DNA of 64,000 bases from an uncultured archaeon (GTDB lineage Archaea > Thermoproteota > Nitrososphaeria > Nitrososphaerales > Gagatemarchaeaceae). The position numbers and the translations under genes were made by a program. Of this stretch, positions 9,600 to 18,918 are shown piece by piece. Position 1 is the stretch's first letter, and each line of letters opens with the position of its first letter. The stretch is from contig CAWFOU010000007.1 of NCBI GenBank assembly GCA_963817525.1, positions 384,001-448,000 of the forward strand. Direction: 5' to 3'. The notes beneath the pieces are model-generated. The model searched no databases. It was not told the origin of the DNA and saw nothing but the letters and a program-made list of their open reading frames with translations.

Positions 9600-9958
9600 C
9601 AAGCCGTGGGCGTCGCCGCGCTGACGACCGACGCAGCGGGGAACCCCTCACGCCCTGGGAGGTCAAGCTTCAGGCCAAGACGGAGAGGCTGCTTTTCAAG
9701 TGGGGCGGCTACGGGAGCGTCAGGCGCTTCATGAGGAAGATCTCCAAGCCGGCGACCAGGCACGCGTACCTGAGCATGCTGAACCAGTACATGGTGTGGC
9801 TCCGTGAGGCGAAGCAGGTGACCATGGACCCGGACGAGCTGATCCAGGACAACCTGGTCTGCGTCTACGACTCGTCGCCCACGGACGTCAAGACCAAAAG
9901 GAGGCACACGGACTGGCTGGACAAGTACCCCGTCGGGCCCGCCACCAATACTCCCTAG
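9600..9958 (+). pseudogene. Truncated N-terminal fragment of a tyrosine integrase-like gene
   Basis: SVRRFMRKISKPATRHAYL...Y..WL...MDPDELI resembles the SAM-like N-domain of archaeal integrases; no catalytic domain. Confidence 0.45.
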
Positions 9959-10098
9959 TGTTGAACTTGAACTCTTCGAATGACTACTGTTGATGCGCGA
10001 GGGCCTTTGCCCTCTAGCGAAGCCAGAAAGTCTGACGTAGCCCAAGCGACCTAGTTTACTGCGTTACCGTTTTCCATGAATCCGAAGGCTATTTATGT

Positions 10099-10686
10099 AT
10101 GAATGTTCTATTACGAGATTTTGGCTTGCAGAGAAAGTTCGTCCACGTTAGCTTCAGAATTCCGGTAGAGGCGAAGGCTGGACTTGAAAAAGAGGCAGAT
10201 CGGCGGGGAATCAACGTTAATGCTTTGGTCAGTGAGATATTTGTGAAGTATACTACTTTTGATAGAATTGTTGATTACTTAGAGGTAATACCCCTAAACA
10301 AGCTCCTTCTTACCCGGACCCTTGACAAAGTCGACGCCGAGGATATGGAAAGGCTTGGCAAAGAACTCGGCCCCAAGGCAATCAAGCGGGCGTTTGAGTT
10401 TCTCGGTCTCGAGTTCAGCCTGAACGGCATCATCGAACACTATTTCCGACCGCTCGCGACATATTCTAGATGGTACAGTTTCAACGTGACTTGGGGCGAA
10501 ATGGAGCAGAGACTCTTGTTTGAGCACCACTATGGCGCAAAGTGGTCCGCCTTTCTGGGACATTACATCGCGGAAATCGTGAAGTCGGCGACTGGAAGCG
10601 AACCTAGAATTACCGTAGATGATGAACTGGTCGTCATCTCTTGCCAAGTTAAGCGTATGCTGTTAGAGACATTCTTTCCGGCATGA
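10099..10686 (+). CDS. Hypothetical protein with N-terminal ribbon-helix-helix-like segment
   Basis: VSFRIP...LEKEADRRGINVNALVSEI; HHYGAKWSAFL C-terminal domain. Confidence 0.65.
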   Translation: MNVLLRDFGLQRKFVHVSFRIPVEAKAGLEKEADRRGINVNALVSEIFVKYTTFDRIVDYLEVIPLNKLLLTRTLDKVDAEDMERLGKELGPKAIKRAFEFLGLEFSLNGIIEHYFRPLATYSRWYSFNVTWGEMEQRLLFEHHYGAKWSAFLGHYIAEIVKSATGSEPRITVDDELVVISCQVKRMLLETFFPA

Positions 10687-10882
10687 CTGTGCCGCAATCG
10701 AGAGATAGGAAAAGGTGGCGTAAGGAGTAGGTCTCGTTTTGAGATTGGTTACTAAAGAAGTTAGTCGGTCAGAAGCTGCCCTGATTGGACTCTGCTCGTA
10801 GCCCAACACGCCAGACGACGTTCAACTTTGGGAGTCCTGACCTCGCGGTCGAGGACGCACCGCCTTACCTACGGCACTTTTG

Positions 10883-11365
10883 TCAGGGATAAAAAGTGGT
10901 TACAGAAACAAGGAAATAGACCGTCCCATTTGAGGGAACCATCAGAACTCCTGCTTGAGGATTGACATGGCTCGTGAGTTGAATTGATACGGGTGGAGTC
11001 GGACCTTCGATGCAGGTAGACAAGCTCTCTGTGGAGCCGTCAGGGAAGGCGATGGCGACATGGGCGCCACCGCTTCCTAGGGAGTAGCACGTTCCACCGT
11101 AGCTCAAAGTTATGTTGGCCGTAATGACGAATTTGACATCGAGGATGCTGAAAGTGTTTGGAGTCGAACTATTCCATTCGCTGTATGTGTACATGGTTCC
11201 TCCTATACGGAGGACGGGAAGTGTACCTGGGATTGACGATGTCTGAGTCGATGTCTTTGTACTCGTTTTGGCACTGCTCAGCTGGACATATTCGAAAGCT
11301 GACAGCGCGGCGAATGCTATCGTGAGGATTACGAATAGTGCGAGTGCCATCTTGGTGAGTTGCAT
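10883..11365 (-). CDS. Membrane-anchored/secreted hypothetical protein
   Basis: N-terminal TM helix, Ser/Thr linker, Cys pair. Confidence 0.65.
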   Translation of the reverse strand: MQLTKMALALFVILTIAFAALSAFEYVQLSSAKTSTKTSTQTSSIPGTLPVLRIGGTMYTYSEWNSSTPNTFSILDVKFVITANITLSYGGTCYSLGSGGAHVAIAFPDGSTESLSTCIEGPTPPVSIQLTSHVNPQAGVLMVPSNGTVYFLVSVTTFYP

Positions 11366-12433
11366 TGATGACCATGACCTCAGTAAGGCCCTCGATGATT
11401 AAAACCTATGTCCGGCACGGCGTAAAACGACCGACGAACTATGTGGACAGTCCCTGTCTGCCCTAACGTGAGCGAAAATGGCGCCTATAGGCACAATCAA
11501 GGTAACCAAGACTATGCGGTGAACGACGCGATTTGCACGGCAGTCTGGATTCCTGCAAACTGTTTTCTAGCATGAGAATGTCTGGTCAGCGTACCCAGAG
11601 TACAATGTTATCGAACTGTAAGCACAGTTCGACTTCTCACCTGTGTACGCGTAAGGGCCCGTATCGGCAATGTTGCTTTGATAGTAGACGAGATATCCGC
11701 TACCTGCAGTAAAGTTTGTAGTGCAAGAACTAGAGCTACAGACCAAGTTCTCCTCCCATCCGTTTATTGCGTAAGTTGGAGAACCCGAGGGCATGGGGTA
11801 GGTGTACACCCAGTAGTTTCCGTTATTGAGGTCTACAATCTCGTCGTTAGCCGCCGTCGGGTGGCCTCCGCTACTCAGCGTATAGTAGGTGTTAAAGTTA
11901 ATCTTAGCGACATTCAAGTTAGTCCCTGTGAGAATATAGTAAGTCGTGGCGCTCCCTACGGGGGTCCCGCAAGGGCTTTGGTTCAACCATTGCACCCCGA
12001 ATTGATTGTTGTAGCCGTTTGTGTAGGTTCCGACCACCATGACATCTTGATAGGTCATGTAAGAGGATCCACAAACCGTGGCGACTGCGTTATCCTGGAC
12101 ACTCCAATACGCAGTGTTGGGCGCCATTGTAGTTGATATGCCTACGTCGGTGTCGGTGCAGTAAACAGAGCTGCAACTCCCTGAAGTCCAGTACATCAGG
12201 TAATTATTATTGCCACTTGCGGTCAACGCGTGAACTCCTCCACTAGGGGTGGTCGTGACGATAGGAGCGTCGCTGCAGATGTAATGTTTCGCGGTGGCAG
12301 CAGTCCCATTCGGAAGAGCTATGGGGATTGGTCCCACGTAGTTGCACGATCCAGATGCCGTTGTTGCACTGCCGCTTTGAGAGTCTGCCGCGGCGTAACC
12401 AGAAGTGCTTAGTAGGACGATTAGAAGCGCCAA

Positions 12434-13468
12434 ACTGTGTCGAATAACTAACTCCTCTGTCAAGCTTCTTTCATCCGCTCTCTCATGGGATTGAGAGAAT
12501 CCAACTCTCTCATGCCCGAGAAGAAGAAGCGCAACTGGAAGGAGTACAACGAGTCGCTCGTGAGGAGGGGAGAGCTCCTCTTCGACACCGATTTTTTATC
12601 TGGATGGAGCAGAGAACTAGGGAAGCTCAACGAGGGGAAGGAGGGCGCAAGATACCGCTATCCCGCCTCATTAATGAGTATGCTCGCGGCCATCCACGTG
12701 TACCTGCTCCCGTACCGGGAGCTGGAAGGGTTCCTCCGGATGTTCGCGGGGCACGTAGAAGGCCTCAAGGTCCCAGACTACACCACGATGTGGTGGAGGA
12801 TATCGCGAGTAAAGATCGAGCTCGACCCGGACGTAGACCCAGAAAAGGACGTCACCATAGCGGTTGACTCCACTGGCATCAAGGTCTCGAACCGCGGGGA
12901 GTGGATACGGCAGAAGTGGGCGGTGAAGAGGGGGTTCATCAAGGCCCACCTCGCCGTCGATGTGAAGACGGGGAAGATACTCTCGATGGAGGTGACCAAG
13001 GAGGACGTCCCTGATGGGAGGATGCTCGTCCCTCTGGTGGAGGGGGCGTCGTCGAGCGCGAACGTCACGAGGGCGATGGGTGACGGCGCGTACGACTCGA
13101 GGGAGATCTTCAGGTACCTCGACCGCAAGGGGATAGAGCCCGTCATCAAGGTAAGGAAGAACGCCTCGATGCACGCGCACGGGTGCATGCCCAGGAAGCT
13201 CGTAGCGATGGAGCAGCTGAGAGACTACGAGAGATGGAAGACGAGGCGCGGGTACGGGAACAGGGCGAGGGTCGAGTCCGCGATATCGTCCTTCAAGAGG
13301 ACGTTCGGGGAGCACATAACGTCCGTGAAGTGGAGCAGCATAGTGAACGAGCTGCTCCTCAAGGCGTCCGTCTACAACCTGTTCGTGGGGATGAACCCGT
13401 AGCGAGGACGCAGGCCAGAAAGACCTGGAGGCGAGAAATGGCGCATCGTCGGGTTATTCGACACGCCT
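12434..13468 (+). mobile_element. IS5-family insertion sequence (IS903-like ends)
   Basis: Terminal IR core GTGTCGAATAAC at both ends; 9-bp direct repeat AAGCGCCAA at 12425-12433 and 13469-13477. Confidence 0.9.
12512..13402 (+). CDS. IS5 family DDE transposase
   Basis: RNWKEYNESLVRRGE, AVDSTGIK, GDGAYDS, GYGNRARVESAIS motifs. Confidence 0.93.
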   Translation: MPEKKKRNWKEYNESLVRRGELLFDTDFLSGWSRELGKLNEGKEGARYRYPASLMSMLAAIHVYLLPYRELEGFLRMFAGHVEGLKVPDYTTMWWRISRVKIELDPDVDPEKDVTIAVDSTGIKVSNRGEWIRQKWAVKRGFIKAHLAVDVKTGKILSMEVTKEDVPDGRMLVPLVEGASSSANVTRAMGDGAYDSREIFRYLDRKGIEPVIKVRKNASMHAHGCMPRKLVAMEQLRDYERWKTRRGYGNRARVESAISSFKRTFGEHITSVKWSSIVNELLLKASVYNLFVGMNP

Positions 13469-13690
13469 AAGCGCCAAGAAAGTTAAAATCCGAGAGAATG
13501 TGACTGCGCTTCGATATTGGGCATTCATGGTATGGTACAGGATCCTTCAGATAGATAAGTGCCAGTGCCACAAAGTGCCATGGTGTGGCACAAGCGATGA
13601 TGGTAATAGAGTTCGCTTGGGCAGACAAAGTTTGCTGCATCTCTAGACGCTTCATAGGGAAACATAATGGAATCCAAGCGTCGGAAGAAT

Positions 13691-13731
13691 TCAGGTTCCG
13701 AACCCCCGGGGGGGCGAATCCCTTCAGGCCC
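13691..13731 (+). other. Degenerate tRNA-Arg(CCG)-like 3' fragment (possible att scar)
   Basis: TCAGG-TTCCGAA-CC anticodon-like arm followed by CGAATCCCTTCAGGCCC. Confidence 0.4.
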
Positions 13732-13886
13732 CCTCCTTTTGGCTCATAATCGCTTTGGACCCAAGAATGTGGTTTACACCCTTAAACATTCTAGCACCAT
13801 GATGCTTACGGTGAAGATAGAGCAGAAACTGTCTCACCAGTGGAGGCCGAGGGTCAGATCGTCATTTCGTCCCCAATCTTTCGAAT

Positions 13887-14288
13887 TCAGAGCCGTTTCA
13901 AAGTCTCCGAAACTGACAGAATCTCGATTTTCCTAAAATTCTTCAGAGCGAGAAGCTTCTTGTCACGTGTGGCAATTATGTCGGCGCGTCCATCATGAGC
14001 TGTGTTAAGAATCATGTCGTCGTCCGGGTCGTTCTTGACCACCTTGAATTTCGACTCCACTCTGACGACTTCGCTCGACTGCATCAGAGCCAAGACTATC
14101 ATGTTTGTCTCCTCTTCGCTGGTCTTGAATTGCGGCCGACCCAATACCGAAACGATTTCCTTCAAAATATAGTCCGACGTCACCATTGAAAATTGGTTCT
14201 CAATCCCTCTGTTCAACAATTCCCGTGGTTTACCTTTTGAGATTACAGCACTGACAACGACGTTGGTGTCGAGGACGACTCGCAGCAT
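13887..14288 (-). CDS. PIN-domain (VapC-like) toxin
   Basis: VVLDTNVVVSA, DPDDDMIL, IATRDKKLL. Confidence 0.9.
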   Translation of the reverse strand: MLRVVLDTNVVVSAVISKGKPRELLNRGIENQFSMVTSDYILKEIVSVLGRPQFKTSEEETNMIVLALMQSSEVVRVESKFKVVKNDPDDDMILNTAHDGRADIIATRDKKLLALKNFRKIEILSVSETLKRL

Positions 14289-14300
14289 CCAATCATCTTG

Positions 14301-14576
14301 TTACTTTGCCCGCCGTCTCTCACTTCGGACAGCCGATATTTCATCCTGAACCTCCTTCTCGGAAAGTTTCAGCCCCTTCTCGTCCATCATCTTGAATATC
14401 TTTTCCCATTCTTTCTTGACATCGGGCAGCTCCAGCCTCTTCATTATCACGGTGTCTCCCCTGCCGAAGACCAAGAACTTCGTCCTCGGTTTGATTCCTA
14501 GCGCCTTTCTGAGCGACTGAGGTATGACTACCTGGCCCTTCGCGCTTATCGTGGTGACTTCCGGTTCCTGTGTCAT
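14301..14576 (-). CDS. AbrB/MazE/SpoVT family antitoxin
   Basis: TISAKGQVVIPQSLRKALGIKP. Confidence 0.9.
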   Translation of the reverse strand: MTQEPEVTTISAKGQVVIPQSLRKALGIKPRTKFLVFGRGDTVIMKRLELPDVKKEWEKIFKMMDEKGLKLSEKEVQDEISAVRSERRRAK

Positions 14577-14858
14577 GTCTTACCAGTACGAATGTTTTAC
14601 TTTCCTACAATAAATAGTCTTCTGGGGGTCTCGTTCGCCTAGGGCAAATTCGGATTAGTATCCACCGATTGTGAGATGGCCTCAGTCATGCGCGGAATCC
14701 GGCTCCGGAGGAGTTGCGAAGTCGACCGACGTATCCCCTTAAATATTCTGGCACAATAATGCTTGTGCTCTTTCAAGAGCCAGGCGGCGCGATTCGGGAG
14801 CAGTCGAAAGGCGTATGAAGACAACGTATGTGCTGAAACCTATGAGGGAGTTGGGAGA

Positions 14859-15329
14859 ATGTCAAACGAAGCAAATGCCGCTGCAGGACTTTCCTTGGCG
14901 CTGCTCATTTCTGGCGCCATAGGGGCGAAGATCCTTGCCTCGGACGAGTTTCTCTGGACCGCGGCGCCCACCCACGCCGAGGGACTGGTCGCATTCGTCG
15001 TGCTGGACGTCGTGCTCGCCTTCATGGTCTTACGAGTGCTCAAGCTCACTGAAACAGGGGCGGCCGTTCTGTCCCTAATCCAGTTCGTAGCCATGGCAAC
15101 CGACCTGACGATATACACACCAGCCGGCGTGCCCGCCCAGATCTTCCGCAGCTACCTGCAGGGCGACGGCCTGTTCGTGGCTCTGCTGGCGATACAGCCG
15201 GTGATTGCGTGCATTGGGATCTGCGCCAGGCGGTGGGCGAGTCCGCAAGGACCCAAGACCGCGGTCTCCTCCCACGGGAGGCTCGCGACGCTGTGGCGCT
15301 CCGCGTCTCGGAGTTCCGCGCTGGTCTAG
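14859..15329 (+). CDS. Hypothetical membrane protein
   Basis: About four hydrophobic helices; start chosen at MSNE. Confidence 0.6.
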   Translation: MSNEANAAAGLSLALLISGAIGAKILASDEFLWTAAPTHAEGLVAFVVLDVVLAFMVLRVLKLTETGAAVLSLIQFVAMATDLTIYTPAGVPAQIFRSYLQGDGLFVALLAIQPVIACIGICARRWASPQGPKTAVSSHGRLATLWRSASRSSALV

Positions 15330-15727
15330 GTCGAGACGGCCTCTATCCCGCACTCGTGGTCCTGGTCTGACGACGCGCCGCTCACCCCGACCGCGCCGAC
15401 GATGTCTTCGCCCTTCTTTGCGAGCACCCCGCCAGGGAGGAAGACTACCCTGTTCCCGCTCGCCTGCGTGAGGCCGAGCGCGGCGGCCGGCCTGTCCTTC
15501 ATCCTCTCGGTGATGTCCTTGGAGTGGCTCTTGAACGCTATCGCGGTGAACGCCTTCGCCCTCGCGATGTCGGGTGTGAGGATACCCGCCCCGTCCATCC
15601 TTGCGAAGGCCACCGGGTTCCCCCCGGAGTCGACGACGTAGACGGAGACCTTCACGCCTAGCTGCGTCGCTTTGGCGCTCGCCTTCTTGATCCATGCTTC
15701 GGCCTGCTCCAATGTTAGGTTGGTCAC
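15326..15727 (-). CDS. GlcG/HbpS family heme-binding protein
   Basis: VVDSGG...RMDGA...KAFTA...GAVGVSG...QDHECG. Confidence 0.9.
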   Translation of the reverse strand: MTNLTLEQAEAWIKKASAKATQLGVKVSVYVVDSGGNPVAFARMDGAGILTPDIARAKAFTAIAFKSHSKDITERMKDRPAAALGLTQASGNRVVFLPGGVLAKKGEDIVGAVGVSGASSDQDHECGIEAVST

Positions 15728-15788
15728 TTCTGTGGCCGACCCTCCCTTGGCGACCTCGATTATATAGCCAGGGGCCGAAAACGCCCGC

Positions 15789-16763
15789 GTGTCGAGGACG
15801 CGAATCGTGACGGACGTGGGCGCCTACGAGGTCGACGCCGACTGGGCGAGAGTGCCCCACGGGTGGTCGTTCGGGGAGGTCGCCGGCGTCGCCACAGACT
15901 CGCGCTCGCGCGTCTACGTCTTCAGCAGGGGCGAGCACCCTATGATGGTCTTCGACCGCGAAGGCGAGTTCATCGCCTCCTGGGGGGAGGGCATGTTCAC
16001 AAAGGCCCACAACGTCAGGGTCTCCCCGGACGGCTTCGTCTTCTGCTCGGACCTTCTCGATCACACCGTGCGCAAGTTCACGCCCGAGGGAAGGCTTCTG
16101 ATGACGCTAGGTACGAAGGACAGGGCCTCGGACACCGGCGGCGACGGGAGGGAAGTCAAGATCAAGAGGTCGGCCGGTCCGTTCAACGGCCCCACGGACG
16201 TCGCGTTCGGGCCGAGGGGAGAGCTGTTCGTCACTGACGGATACGCCAACGCCCGCGTGCACAGGTTCTCGGCTGAAGGGAGGCTCCTCGAGTCGTGGGG
16301 CGCGCCGGGGAACGAGCCGGGAGAGTTCAACCTCCCTCACAACGCGCTCATCGTCGGCGGGACGACCCTATACGTCGCCGATAGGGAGAACAACAGGGTC
16401 CAGGTATTCGACCTGAAGGGCGAACCCCTCGCCCAGTGGACCGACTTCGCGGGGCCGACGGGCCTTTCTGTGGCCCCCGACGGGACCATCTTCGTCTCTG
16501 AGTTCGGCTACGACCCGGCGGTCAAGACCAGGTACGCGGTCCCCGCCCACGGCACGAGGATACTCCCTCGGGTGACCATGCGCTCGCAGGAGGGGGAGCT
16601 CCTGGGGAGGATCGAGGGCGAGGACAAGTGCGCTCCCGGGAGCTTCTTCGCGCCCCACTCGGTCTGCGTCGACCGGAGCGGGGACATCTACGTGGGCGAG
16701 GTCCCCATCACTCGGCGGGCTCCAGGCCCGTGCCACACCCTGCAGAAGCTCGTGAGGCTGTAG
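15789..16763 (+). CDS. NHL-repeat beta-propeller (peptidyl-alpha-hydroxyglycine lyase-like)
   Basis: FNGPTDVA, VTDGYANARVH, FNLPH, VADRENNRVQ repeats. Confidence 0.85.
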   Translation: MSRTRIVTDVGAYEVDADWARVPHGWSFGEVAGVATDSRSRVYVFSRGEHPMMVFDREGEFIASWGEGMFTKAHNVRVSPDGFVFCSDLLDHTVRKFTPEGRLLMTLGTKDRASDTGGDGREVKIKRSAGPFNGPTDVAFGPRGELFVTDGYANARVHRFSAEGRLLESWGAPGNEPGEFNLPHNALIVGGTTLYVADRENNRVQVFDLKGEPLAQWTDFAGPTGLSVAPDGTIFVSEFGYDPAVKTRYAVPAHGTRILPRVTMRSQEGELLGRIEGEDKCAPGSFFAPHSVCVDRSGDIYVGEVPITRRAPGPCHTLQKLVRL

Positions 16764-16797
16764 TTGGGGCTTATATCCCAGAAGTAGCTTGTGGTGC

Positions 16798-17436
16798 ATG
16801 TCTGGTCCTTCCAAATCTGAAAGAACCTCAGAATTTATAGGCGCCATTCTTGGAGACGGAAACATCTACGACAGACGCCCTTACTATGTCGAGATGTGCG
16901 GCAACCCTATCAACGACCTTGACTATTACAAGCAAGTCCTGCTACCTATCGTGAGTAACGAGCTCGGAAAGAATCCAAGGCTCTATCTGAGGGATGGAGG
17001 ATTGCGTTTCAGGATTAACCAGAAGTCATTTGTAAAATGGCTAAAGGAGATAGGTCTGCCAGCGGGTGAAGCTAAGGGATCTGCTACAATCCCCAATTTC
17101 ATAGCTTCGAGCAGAAAGCTCCTCGCTCGCTGTATTAGGGGACTCTACGACACCGATGGCAGCGTGTATTTTGACAGGCGACATGCCTACCTCAAGCCGT
17201 ATCCCCGAACCGAACTGCAGATGACTAACGAAGCTCTATTGGAGCAGGTGGACCGAGTTCTAGACCAAATGGAAATCAGGCATTCCCTTGTAAGGCGTAG
17301 GGCGTCCTTGTCCTTGGAAACTGCCGGCGTCGAGTCGCTTGGCCGTTACTTGCAAACCATTGGATTTTCCAATCCATATCACCTTGGCAGGATAAGAGCC
17401 GAGTATCCAGAATTAGTCAGGCTCAATTGCGCCTGA
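16798..17436 (+). CDS. Free-standing double-motif LAGLIDADG homing endonuclease
   Basis: Motifs FIGAILGDGN and IRGLYDTDGS, both with acidic residues; own TATA-like CTTATAT at ~16770; no intein splicing blocks. Confidence 0.85.
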   Translation: MSGPSKSERTSEFIGAILGDGNIYDRRPYYVEMCGNPINDLDYYKQVLLPIVSNELGKNPRLYLRDGGLRFRINQKSFVKWLKEIGLPAGEAKGSATIPNFIASSRKLLARCIRGLYDTDGSVYFDRRHAYLKPYPRTELQMTNEALLEQVDRVLDQMEIRHSLVRRRASLSLETAGVESLGRYLQTIGFSNPYHLGRIRAEYPELVRLNCA

Positions 17437-17510
17437 CCCGGAATCGATTTGCCGAATGCTCAGTAATGATTTCAGTCTTTAAAAGTGTCAACTAAATGAG
17501 GTCGGGCTGT

Positions 17511-17603
17511 GCCGACGTAGCTCAGCCTGGCAGAGCGAACCACTATCGTGGGCTCAAGTCTCTCGTAAGGACTAGGCCGAGGGCTCAAATCCCTCCGTCG
17601 GCT
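17511..17603 (+). tRNA. tRNA-Thr(CGT) with a 19-nt non-canonical intron at 27/28 (17539-17557)
   Basis: GCCGACG/CGTCGGC acceptor; BHB-like GAGC-GAA-CCAC(TATC)GTGG-GCTC-AAG; splicing gives AGTCT-CTCGTAA-GGACT arm; TTTAAAA upstream. Confidence 0.88.
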
Positions 17604-17612
17604 CTTCCTATC

Positions 17613-18305
17613 TCAAGCTGGGCTCATGCTGATGTAGGGTGCCATCGAGCGGAGGACCTTCCCCTCCGCCTTCCTCAGGTGCTCTTCGTAGGTGGTCCTC
17701 GGGAGCTTGAGCTTGCTGGCCATCTCCTCGGTCGTGACCTTCTTCGGGACCTGGTAGTAGCCGTTCTCGAGCGCGAAGATCAGGGCCTGGATCTGCTTCC
17801 TCGTGAGGCCGCCGAAGAGGGCGTTCGTGGAGACGAGCATGGTCTCCTTGACGGCGCCCGACCTGATGACACGCCGGGAGATCATCTCGACCTCGCAGTA
17901 CTTCTCGAGCATGGAGAAGACGCTCCTGGCGTCCCTCTCGCTGAAGGAAATCATCCTGTAGTACTCCCAGCCCCCCTTGTAGACGCAGGGCTGGAGCTCG
18001 AGGCAGTGGTTCTTCTCGAAGACAGGGCTCACGGGGGCGGGGATGGTGTAGCAGCCGCAGTTGTGGACGACGACCTGGAGGTCCCGCCCGCTCCTCGACG
18101 TGCGGAGTGGCTTCACCCTCAGCTTCCGCCACATCGACTTTATGTCATCCTGGAGCTGGTCGATCTCCGCGCCCTCCTTGGAGATCTCGATGACGTCTGT
18201 GTCCGCGTTGCACCAGGAGGACATCACAAGCTCAGGGTGCTGCTTGGAGAGGTCGTTCATAGGGCAATCGTGCTGGAGCCTGAAGGAGGTCTCGTAGAGC
18301 GTCAT
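17613..18305 (-). CDS. Bat-type (HTH_10) transcriptional regulator
   Basis: HDCP N-terminus; LTRKQ...ALENGYYQVPK...EEHLRKAE. Confidence 0.88.
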   Translation of the reverse strand: MTLYETSFRLQHDCPMNDLSKQHPELVMSSWCNADTDVIEISKEGAEIDQLQDDIKSMWRKLRVKPLRTSRSGRDLQVVVHNCGCYTIPAPVSPVFEKNHCLELQPCVYKGGWEYYRMISFSERDARSVFSMLEKYCEVEMISRRVIRSGAVKETMLVSTNALFGGLTRKQIQALIFALENGYYQVPKKVTTEEMASKLKLPRTTYEEHLRKAEGKVLRSMAPYISMSPA

Positions 18306-18330
18306 CGATTCCGGAAGCGGGGGAGGCCAC

Positions 18331-18360
18331 TATAAGTAAAGTGCCGTCGTACGACGGCAC
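18331..18360 (-). promoter_or_regulatory. Perfect 20-bp palindrome adjacent to a TATA box
   Basis: GTGCCGTCGTACGACGGCAC (18341-18360) abutting TTTACTTATA on the minus strand. Confidence 0.6.
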
Positions 18361-18546
18361 TCCGAGCGCCGTCCAAGCATTGCCCGCTATGGTGGCCACA
18401 TTCTGACAATAGACTAGGTCGAGAGGCGAGAAATACCCCCGCGATGCCGCCGGGCAGGGCACAAGAGTTTGGCTTCAGAATCCCGTCGTAGCGTGGTGCC
18501 AAGGCTAAGCCGCAGGCCACGCATGGAAGGCCCTAGGAGAAGCCCG

Positions 18547-18918
18547 ATGAGCAAGGGGAAACTGCGGCTGGTGATCAGGAGCAAGAAGACTGCCAGGATC
18601 ATAGAGTTCGAGGTCCCCCTCATGACGCGGTATGGAAAAGTGGGCGTCTCGAGGAGGCGGGCCATAGTCTACGACTACGTCCTAGACCAGAGGCAGGCGC
18701 GCGCTCTGAAAGAGGCGCGGGAGCTGGCCGAGAGGACCGGGTTCGCCCTCGAGGTCACCGACCTCTCGCGCCAGGGCCTTCTGGGTAGAATCCTAAGGCG
18801 CGACTGGGGCGACACCGAAGGCGGGGAGACGACCCAACCCGGGTCTTCGTCCCGCCCGGAGGATGCGCCTGAGCCTCAGGAAAGGGACGTCGTCATGCCA
18901 CCGGTCTCCCTGCCTTGA
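18547..18918 (+). CDS. Hypothetical protein
   Basis: ORF with GC-rich codon usage; no recognised motif. Confidence 0.5.
   Translation: MSKGKLRLVIRSKKTARIIEFEVPLMTRYGKVGVSRRRAIVYDYVLDQRQARALKEARELAERTGFALEVTDLSRQGLLGRILRRDWGDTEGGETTQPGSSSRPEDAPEPQERDVVMPPVSLP

Larger units (their letters stand above)
11567..13528 (-). pseudogene. Secreted Cys/Tyr/Thr-rich protein interrupted by an IS5 element
   Basis: Removing the IS joins ATG 13528 (MNAQYRSAVTFSRILTF) in frame to LALLIVLLSTSGYAAADS. Confidence 0.8.

Noticed and set aside
11437-11454. AACTATGTGGACAGTCCC resembling an IS terminal repeat
   Set aside because: No partner repeat or transposase fragment found nearby.
16798-17436. LAGLIDADG ORF as part of an intein or intron
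   Set aside because: No HINT blocks or terminal His-Asn, it has its own start and stop, and flanking sequences are not halves of one gene.
17496-18335. 279-aa plus-strand ORF
   Set aside because: Runs through tRNA-Thr and antisense to the HTH_10 gene.
18471-18493. GGCTTCAGAATCCCGTCG as a possible tRNA-Thr att copy
   Set aside because: Match is short and gapped; not distinguishable from chance.
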